A DNA stretch of 9,554 nt. Source: Selaginella moellendorffii (Eukaryota > Plantae > Lycopodiophyta). This document shows, one piece after another, positions 1-7,957 of this stretch. The translations under genes were made by a program, and so were the position numbers. The DNA is taken from positions 1-9,554 of the forward strand of contig NW_003314392.1 in assembly GCF_000143415.4 (NCBI RefSeq). Direction: 5' to 3'. The first letter of the stretch is position 1; each line of letters starts with the position of its first letter. The notes beneath the pieces are model-generated. The model searched no databases, was not told where the DNA came from, and was given only the letters and a program-made list of their open reading frames with translations.

Positions 1-595
1 GGCACATGGGAGTTACTGGGGCGGTGCGCGCAACTGGCCCATGTGGCCAAGTACATTTTTCCATGTCCTGGGCGCCTGCTTTTGTGGTTTTTCCCACGGA
101 AGAAGATGCGTCCCACGTGGCGATCCGTGTGCCCGCCCGCACTCCGGCACCAACGGGGCCGGCCGGCGTGACGCCCCGGTCGCGGCCGTGCCAACGGATC
201 GCGGGCCCCATGCGTGGGCTGCCGCCGGGAGTGCATCTCACTCTCGAGGAAAACACCGCACTGGCGCTCGGGCCTGCACTGGAACGCGACCCCAGGAGCG
301 CCGTGGCGAAGCCCGCGTCGAGGGCATCGATCCGAATTGGCTGGGCCCCCCATGCCATGCTGGCACCGTGCGTGCCTTGTCGAAAACGGCACACCCTTGC
401 GACCGCTGGGCGAAAGGGGCAAACCCCGAGAGGTCCTTGCACCTCCTGTCACTGGGGAGGGTGCCCCCCACGAACACGAACCCAACGGCGCCAGTCCCAC
501 GCGAAACGCACGCACGGTTCGCGAGAAAACGGCCCCCAACGCCCGCATTCTCCATTATTCCGAGAGAATATTCCCTCCACTACTTAAATTGTGCC

Positions 596-600
596 AAAAA
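596..600 (-). terminator. Pol III oligo-T terminator (T5); present in all 8 units
   Basis: AAAAA on + is TTTTT on -, directly after the 3' arm of the terminal stem. Runs of 4-5 or more T terminate Pol III, and the minus-strand body has no internal T4 run. Confidence 0.6.
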
Positions 601-692
601 GAGGTGGCTCCGGGTGGGTCTCGACCCAGGGACCTATTTGAGTGGACTTGTTTTTAGATTGGGGGTCTCTGCCACTAGGCCTCTACCACCTC
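596..692 (-). ncRNA. Putative Pol III small RNA gene, vault-RNA-like/tRNA-related (copy 1)
   Basis: Minus strand reads GAGGTGGTAGAGGCCTAGTGGCAGAGACCCCCAATCTAAAAACAAGTCCACTCAAATAGGTCCCTGGGTCGAGACCCACCCGGAGCCACCTC-TTTTT. A-box-like AGGCCTAGTGG (682-672), B-box-like GGGTCGAGACC (627-617), terminal stem GAGGTGGT/GCCACCTC, T5 at 600-596, upstream AT box. The 5' end is inferred and could be 692-695. Confidence 0.65.
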
Positions 693-714
693 TCCGTTAC
701 ATATTTCGTGTCGG

Positions 715-725
715 TTAAATTTATT
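715..725 (-). promoter_or_regulatory. TATA-like element of the putative Pol III gene; present in all 8 units
   Basis: AATAAATTTAA on -, an 11-bp pure A/T run in a GC-rich unit, at -33 to -23 relative to 692, which is the usual TBP/TFIIIB position. Confidence 0.5.
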
Positions 726-902
726 GGGTTTGTGGGGGAGGGGGTTTAACTAGCAAAGGGCGATTATGGGGAGCGCTTAGTGCGATTAAGTGGGGCTTAA
801 GTTGGGGCAATCGCGGCCGTCGGTGCGGTGGGGTGGTTGACCGGCGGCGATGAGTTTGACCGGCGGTCCCCGTGACACGTGGCTAGGGCTAGGGTCTGGA
901 TA

Positions 903-1196
903 TGGGTTTTGCGCGAGTGGGCAAGATCCATGGCTCGGTTTGCGGTGGGACTTGAACCGTTGGAAAGCTTGCGTGAGTCCACCCGTTTCCACAGAAACGG
1001 ATCTGGATTTCGTCGCTCCACCGGCCCGCACCATTGCGATGGGTTTGACGCTGGGTTTTCGAGCGAGTGGGCAACATCCATGGCTCGGTTTGCGGTGGGA
1101 CTTGAACCGTTGGAAAGCTTGCGTGAGTCCACCCGTTTCCACAGAAACGGATCCCGATTTCGTTGCTCCACCGTCCCACACCATTGCAATGGGTTT
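903..1196. repeat. Two internal subrepeats of 150-bp period (A ~903-1046, B ~1052-1196). Same pair in units 2, 3, 6 and 7; single hybrid in unit 4; B disrupted in unit 5; A only (window end) in unit 8
   Basis: 78-bp identical core at 926-1003 and 1076-1153, with diagnostic differences outside it (CAAGATCC vs CAACATCC; GATCTGG vs GATCCCG). Confidence 0.97.
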
Positions 1197-1844
1197 TGTG
1201 CTGTTCCCGTTGCCATATCTCGTGGACCGTGGGCCCCCTTTCGCCCTTGGGCACATGGGAGCAACTGGGGCGGTGCGCGCAACTGGCCCATGTGGCCAAG
1301 TACATTTTTCCATGTCCTGGGCGCCTGCTTTTGTGGTTTTTCCCACGGAAGAAGATGCGTCCCACGTGGCGATCCGTGTGCCCGCCCGCACTCCGGCACC
1401 AACGGGGCCGGCCGGCGTGACGCCCCGGTCGCGGCCGTGCCAACGGATCGCGGGCCCCATGCGTGGGCTGCCGCCGGGAGTGCATCTCACTCTCGAGGAA
1501 AACACCGCACTGGCGCTCGGGCCTGCACTGGAACGCGACCCCAGGAGCGCCGTGGCGAAGCCCGCGTCGAGGGCATCGATCCGAATTGGCTGGGCCCCCC
1601 ATGCCATGCTGGCACCGTGCGTGCCTTGTCGAAAACGGCACACCCTTGCGACCGCTGGGCGAAAGGGGCAAACCCCGAGAGGTCCTTGCACCTCCTGTCA
1701 CTGGGGAGGGTGCCCCCCACGAACACGAACCCAACGGCGCCAGTCCCACGCGAAACGCACGCACGGTTCGCGAGAAAACGGCCCCCAACGCCCGCATTCT
1801 CCATTATTCCGAGAGAATATTCCCTCCACTACTTAAATTGTGCC

Positions 1845-1941
1845 AAAAAGAGGTGGCTCCGGGTGGGTCTCGACCCAGGGACCTATTTGAGTGGACTTGT
1901 TTTTAGATTGGGGGTCTCTGCCACTAGGCCTCTACCACCTC
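1845..1941 (-). ncRNA. Putative Pol III small RNA gene (copy 2)
   Basis: Same sequence as copy 1 by eye. Confidence 0.65.
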
Positions 1942-3093
1942 TCCGTTACATATTTCGTGTCGGTTAAATTTATTGGGTTTGTGGGGGAGGGGGTTTAACT
2001 AGCAAAGGGCGATTATGGGGAGCGCTTAGTGCGATTAAGTGGGGCTTAAGTTGGGGCAATCGCGGCCGTCGGTGCGGTGGGGTGGTTGACCGGCGGCGAT
2101 GAGTTTGACCGGCGGTCCCCGTGACACGTGGCTAGGGCTAGGGTCTGGATATGGGTTTTGCGCGAGTGGGCAAGATCCATGGCTCGGTTTGCGGTGGGAC
2201 TTGAACCGTTGGAAAGCTTGCGTGAGTCCACCCGTTTCCACAGAAACGGATCTGGATTTCGTCGCTCCACCGGCCCGCACCATTGCGATGGGTTTGACGC
2301 TGGGTTTTCGAGCGAGTGGGCAACATCCATGGCTCGGTTTGCGGTGGGACTTGAACCGTTGGAAAGCTTGCGTGAGTCCACCCGTTTCCACAGAAACGGA
2401 TCCCGATTTCGTTGCTCCACCGTCCCACACCATTGCAATGGGTTTTGTGCTGTTCCCGTTGCCATATCTCGTGGACCGTGGGCCCCCTTTCGCCCTTGGG
2501 CACATGGGAGCAACTGGGGCGGTGCGCGCAACTGGCCCATGTGGCCAAGTACATTTTTCCATGTCCTGGGCGCCTGCTTTTGTGGTTTTTCCCACGGAAG
2601 AAGATGCGTCCCACGTGGCGATCCGTGTGCCCGCCCGCACTCCGGCACCAACGGGGCCGGCCGGCGTGACGCCCCGGTCGCGGCCGTGCCAACGGATCGC
2701 GGGCCCCATGCGTGGGCTGCCGCCGGGAGTGCATCTCACTCTCGAGGAAAACACCGCACTGGCGCTCGGGCCTGCACTGGAACGCGACCCCAGGAGCGCC
2801 GTGGCGAAGCCCGCGTCGAGGGCATCGATCCGAATTGGCTGGGCCCCCCATGCCATGCTGGCACCGTGCGTGCCTTGTCGAAAACGGCACACCCTTGCGA
2901 CCGCTGGGCGAAAGGGGCAAACCCCGAGAGGTCCTTGCACCTCCTGTCACTGGGGAGGGTGCCCCCCACGAACACGAACCCAACGGCGCCAGTCCCACGC
3001 GAAACGCACGCACGGTTCGCGAGAAAACGGCCCCCAACGCCCGCATTCTCCATTATTCCGAGAGAATATTCCCTCCACTACTTAAATTGTGCC

Positions 3094-3190
3094 AAAAAGA
3101 GGTGGCTCCGGGTGGGTCTCGACCCAGGGACCTATTTGAGTGGACTTGTTTTTAGATTGGGGGTCTCTGCCACTAGGCCTCTACCACCTC
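3094..3190 (-). ncRNA. Putative Pol III small RNA gene (copy 3)
   Basis: Same sequence as copy 1 by eye. Confidence 0.65.
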
Positions 3191-4222
3191 TCCGTTACAT
3201 ATTTCGTGTCGGTTAAATTTATTGGGTTTGTGGGGGAGGGGGTTTAACTAGCAAAGGGCGATTATGGGGAGCGCTTAGTGCGATTAAGTGGGGCTTAAGT
3301 TGGGGCAATCGCGGCCGTCGGTGCGGTGGGGTGGTTGACCGGCGGCGATGAGTTTGACCGGCGGTCCCCGTGACACGTGGCTAGGGCTAGGGTCTGGATA
3401 TGGGTTTTGCGCGAGTGGGCAAGATCCATGGCTCGGTTTGCGGTGGGACTTGAACCGTTGGAAAGCTTGCGTGAGTCCACCCGTTTCCACAGAAACGGAT
3501 CTGGATTTCGTCGCTCCACCGGCCCGCACCATTGCGATGGGTTTGACGCTGGGTTTTCGAGCGAGTGGGCAACATCCATGGCTCGGTTTGCGGTGGGACT
3601 TGAACCGTTGGAAAGCTTGCGTGAGTCCACCCGTTTCCACAGAAACGGATCCCGATTTCGTTGCTCCACCGTCCCACACCATTGCAATGGGTTTTGTGCT
3701 GTTCCCGTTGCCATATCTCGTGGACCGTGGGCCCCCTTTCGCCCTTGGGCACATGGGAGCAACTGGGGCGGTGCGCGCAACTGGCCCATGTGGCCAAGTA
3801 CATTTTTCCATGTCCTGGGCGCCTGCTTTTGTGGTTTTTCCCACGGAAGAAGATGCGTCCCACGTGGCGATCCGTGTGCCCGCCCGCACTCCGGCACCAA
3901 CGGGGCCGGCCGGCGTGACGCCCCGGTCGCGGCCGTGCCAACGGATCGCGGGCCCCATGCGTGGGCTGCCGCCGGGAGTGCATCTCACTCTCGAGGAAAA
4001 CACCGCACTGGCGCTCGGGCCTGCACTGGAACGCGACCCCAGGAGCGCCGTGGCGAAGCCCGCGTCGAGGGCATCGATCCGAATTGGCTGGGCCCCCCAT
4101 GCCATGCTGGCACCGTGCGTGCCTTGTCGAAAACGGCACACCCTTGCGACCGCTGGGCGAAAGGGGCAAACCCCGAGAGGTCCTTGCACCTCCTGTCACT
4201 GGGGAGGGTGCCCCCCACGAAC

Positions 4223-4226
4223 GTCT
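4223..4226. other. Deletion junction: 116 bp (unit positions 476-591) replaced by GTCT
   Basis: CCCCCACGAAC-GTCT-TGCCAAAAAG versus the full sequence in other units. The net -112 matches the ORF coordinate shift. Confidence 0.93.
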
Positions 4227-4230
4227 TGCC

Positions 4231-4327
4231 AAAAAGAGGTGGCTCCGGGTGGGTCTCGACCCAGGGACCTATTTGAGTGGACTTGTTTTTAGATTGGGGG
4301 TCTCTGCCACTAGGCCTCTACCACCTC
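4231..4327 (-). ncRNA. Putative Pol III small RNA gene (copy 4; downstream flank deleted)
   Basis: Same sequence as copy 1. The adjacent deletion ends 4 bp beyond the T5 run. Confidence 0.65.
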
Positions 4328-4537
4328 TCCGTTACATATTTCGTGTCGGTTAAATTTATTGGGTTTGTGGGGGAGGGGGTTTAACTAGCAAAGGGCGATT
4401 ATGGGGAGCGCTTAGTGCGATTAAGTGGGGCTTAAGTTGGGGCAATCGCGGCCGTCGGTGCGGTGGGGTGGTTGACCGGCGGCGATGAGTTTGACCGGCG
4501 GTCCCCGTGACACGTGGCTAGGGCTAGGGTCTGGATA

Positions 4538-4681
4538 TGGGTTTTGCGCGAGTGGGCAAGATCCATGGCTCGGTTTGCGGTGGGACTTGAACCGTTGGAA
4601 AGCTTGCGTGAGTCCACCCGTTTCCACAGAAACGGATCCCGATTTCGTTGCTCCACCGTCCCACACCATTGCAATGGGTTT
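4538..4681. repeat. Single A/B hybrid subrepeat (exact 150-bp loss)
   Basis: Starts with A-type bases (GCGCGAGTGGGCAAG) and ends with B-type bases (GATCCCG...CCATTGCAATGG). Confidence 0.95.
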
Positions 4682-5329
4682 TGTGCTGTTCCCGTTGCCA
4701 TATCTCGTGGACCGTGGGCCCCCTTTCGCCCTTGGGCACATGGGAGCAACTGGGGCGGTGCGCGCAACTGGCCCATGTGGCCAAGTACATTTTTCCATGT
4801 CCTGGGCGCCTGCTTTTGTGGTTTTTCCCACGGAAGAAGATGCGTCCCACGTGGCGATCCGTGTGCCTGCCCGCACTCCGGCACCAACGGGGCCGGCCGG
4901 CGTGACGCCCCGGTCGCGGCCGTGCCAACGGATCGCGGGCCCCATGCGTGGGCTGCCGCCGGGAGTGCATCTCACTCTCGAGGAAAACACCGCACTGGCG
5001 CTCGGGCCTGCACTGGAACGCGACCCCAGGAGCGCCGTGGCGAAGCCCGCGTCGAGGGCATCGATCCGAATTGGCTGGGCCCCCCATGCCATGCTGGCAC
5101 CGTGCGTGCCTTGTCGAAAACGGCACACCCTTGCGACCGCTGGGCGAAAGGGGCAAACCCCGAGAGGTCCTTGCACCTCCTGTCACTGGGGAGGGTGCCC
5201 CCCACGAACACGAACCCAACGGCGCCAGTCCCACGCGAAACGCACGCACGGTTCGCGAGAAAACGGCCCCCAACGCCCGCATTCTCCATTATTCCGAGAG
5301 AATATTCCCTCCACTACTTAAATTGTGCC

Positions 5330-5426
5330 AAAAAGAGGTGGCTCCGGGTGGGTCTCGACCCAGGGACCTATTTGAGTGGACTTGTTTTTAGATTGGGGGT
5401 CTCTGCCACTAGGCCTCTACCACCTC
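5330..5426 (-). ncRNA. Putative Pol III small RNA gene (copy 5)
   Basis: Same sequence as copy 1 by eye. Confidence 0.65.
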
Positions 5427-5884
5427 TCCGTTACATATTTCGTGTCGGTTAAATTTATTGGGTTTGTGGGGGAGGGGGTTTAACTAGCAAAGGGCGATTA
5501 TGGGGAGCGCTTAGTGCGATTAAGTGGGGCTTAAGTTGGGGCAATCGCGGCCGTCGGTGCGGTGGGGTGGTTGACCGGCGGCGATGAGTTTGACCGGCGG
5601 TCCCCGTGACACGTGGCTAGGGCTAGGGTCTGGATATGGGTTTTGCGCGAGTGGGCAAGATCCATGGCTCGGTTTGCGGTGGGACTTGAACCGTTGGAAA
5701 GCTTGCGTGAGTCCACCCGTTTCCACAGAAACGGATCTGGATTTCGTCGCTCCACCGGCCCGCACCATTGCGATGGGTTTGACGCTGGGTTTTCGAGCGA
5801 GTGGGCAACATCCATGGCTCGGTTTGCGGTGGGACTTGAACCGTTGGAAAGCTTGCGTGAGTCCACCCGTTCCACAGAAACGGA

Positions 5885-5954
5885 AGTGAATGTCAAGGAA
5901 GGAGACGACAGTCACCTTGATGGGTGTTTACGGTAGAGTTGGCGAACACAGTTG
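5885..5954. other. 70-bp non-array insert replacing 36 bp of subrepeat B
   Basis: AGTGAATGTCAAGG...GAACACAGTTG occurs once in the window. It replaces unit positions 1152-1187, with a further 1-bp T loss near 5870; the net +33 matches the unit length of 1,282. Confidence 0.93.
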
Positions 5955-6611
5955 AATGGGTTTTGTGCTGTTCCCGTTGCCATATCTCGTGGACCGTGGG
6001 CCCCCTTTCGCCCTTGGGCACATGGGAGCAACTGGGGCGGTGCGCGCAACTGGCCCATGTGGCCAAGTACATTTTTCCATGTCCTGGGCGCCTGCTTTTG
6101 TGGTTTTTCCCACGGAAGAAGATGCGTCCCACGTGGCGATCCGTGTGCCTGCCCGCACTCCGGCACCAACGGGGCCGGCCGGCGTGACGCCCCGGTCGCG
6201 GCCGTGCCAACGGATCGCGGGCCCCATGCGTGGGCTGCCGCCGGGAGTGCATCTCACTCTCGAGGAAAACACCGCACTGGCGCTCGGGCCTGCACTGGAA
6301 CGCGACCCCAGGAGCGCCGTGGCGAAGCCCGCGTCGAGGGCATCGATCCGAATTGGCTGGGCCCCCCATGCCATGCTGGCACCGTGCGTGCCTTGTCGAA
6401 AACGGCACACCCTTGCGACCGCTGGGCGAAAGGGGCAAACCCCGAGAGGTCCTTGCACCTCCTGTCACTGGGGAGGGTGCCCCCCACGAACACGAACCCA
6501 ACGGCGCCAGTCCCACGCGAAACGCACGCACGGTTCGCGAGAAAACGGCCCCCAACGCCCGCATTCTCCATTATTCCGAGAGAATATTCCCTCCACTACT
6601 TAAATTGTGCC

Positions 6612-6708
6612 AAAAAGAGGTGGCTCCGGGTGGGTCTCGACCCAGGGACCTATTTGAGTGGACTTGTTTTTAGATTGGGGGTCTCTGCCACTAGGCCTCT
6701 ACCACCTC
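6612..6708 (-). ncRNA. Putative Pol III small RNA gene (copy 6)
   Basis: Same sequence as copy 1 by eye. Confidence 0.65.
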
Positions 6709-7860
6709 TCCGTTACATATTTCGTGTCGGTTAAATTTATTGGGTTTGTGGGGGAGGGGGTTTAACTAGCAAAGGGCGATTATGGGGAGCGCTTAGTGCG
6801 ATTAAGTGGGGCTTAAGTTGGGGCAATCGCGGCCGTCGGTGCGGTGGGGTGGTTGACCGGCGGCGATGAGTTTGACCGGCGGTCCCCGTGACACGTGGCT
6901 AGGGCTAGGGTCTGGATATGGGTTTTGCGCGAGTGGGCAAGATCCATGGCTCGGTTTGCGGTGGGACTTGAACCGTTGGAAAGCTTGCGTGAGTCCACCC
7001 GTTTCCACAGAAACGGATCTGGATTTCGTCGCTCCACCGGCCCGCACCATTGCGATGGGTTTGACGCTGGGTTTTCGAGCGAGTGGGCAACATCCATGGC
7101 TCGGTTTGCGGTGGGACTTGAACCGTTGGAAAGCTTGCGTGAGTCCACCCGTTTCCACAGAAACGGATCCCGATTTCGTTGCTCCACCGTCCCACACCAT
7201 TGCAATGGGTTTTGTGCTGTTCCCGTTGCCATATCTCGTGGACCGTGGGCCCCCTTTCGCCCTTGGGCACATGGGAGCAACTGGGGCGGTGCGCGCAACT
7301 GGCCCATGTGGCCAAGTACATTTTTCCATGTCCTGGGCGCCTGCTTTTGTGGTTTTTCCCACGGAAGAAGATGCGTCCCACGTGGCGATCCGTGTGCCTG
7401 CCCGCACTCCGGCACCAACGGGGCCGGCCGGCGTGACGCCCCGGTCGCGGCCGTGCCAACGGATCGCGGGCCCCATGCGTGGGCTGCCGCCGGGAGTGCA
7501 TCTCACTCTCGAGGAAAACACCGCACTGGCGCTCGGGCCTGCACTGGAACGCGACCCCAGGAGCGCCGTGGCGAAGCCCGCGTCGAGGGCATCGATCCGA
7601 ATTGGCTGGGCCCCCCATGCCATGCTGGCACCGTGCGTGCCTTGTCGAAAACGGCACACCCTTGCGACCGCTGGGCGAAAGGGGCAAACCCCGAGAGGTC
7701 CTTGCACCTCCTGTCACTGGGGAGGGTGCCCCCCACGAACACGAACCCAACGGCGCCAGTCCCACGCGAAACGCACGCACGGTTCGCGAGAAAACGGCCC
7801 CCAACGCCCGCATTCTCCATTATTCCGAGAGAATATTCCCTCCACTACTTAAATTGTGCC

Positions 7861-7957
7861 AAAAAGAGGTGGCTCCGGGTGGGTCTCGACCCAGGGACCT
7901 ATTTGAGTGGACTTGTTTTTAGATTGGGGGTCTCTGCCACTAGGCCTCTACCACCTC
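7861..7957 (-). ncRNA. Putative Pol III small RNA gene (copy 7)
   Basis: Same sequence as copy 1 by eye. Confidence 0.65.

Noticed and set aside
340-440. HDV-like or hammerhead ribozyme in the satellite (GGCGAAAGGGG, several small hairpins)
   Set aside because: I could not build the nested P1/P1.1/P3 pseudoknot, and I saw no CUGANGA core on either strand. Short hairpins are expected at this GC content; a cmscan would settle it.
320-450. 5S rRNA gene (GTCCTTGCACCTCC loosely resembles a 5S 3' end)
   Set aside because: No recognisable 5S internal control region or conserved motifs upstream, and no oligo-T terminator after it.
601-692. Functional tRNA or amber suppressor
   Set aside because: Acceptor, anticodon and T stems do not pair in cloverleaf register.
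596-720. Spliceosomal snRNA, U7 or spliced-leader RNA
   Set aside because: No U1 ACTTACC, U6 ACAGAGA or U5 loop-1 motif, and no convincing Sm site with flanking stems.
883-894. Telomeric tract
   Set aside because: Only two copies of a variant hexamer.
5885-5954. Insert as a MITE/transposon or H/ACA snoRNA
   Set aside because: No terminal inverted repeats or target-site duplication, and no H box between the two weak hairpins.
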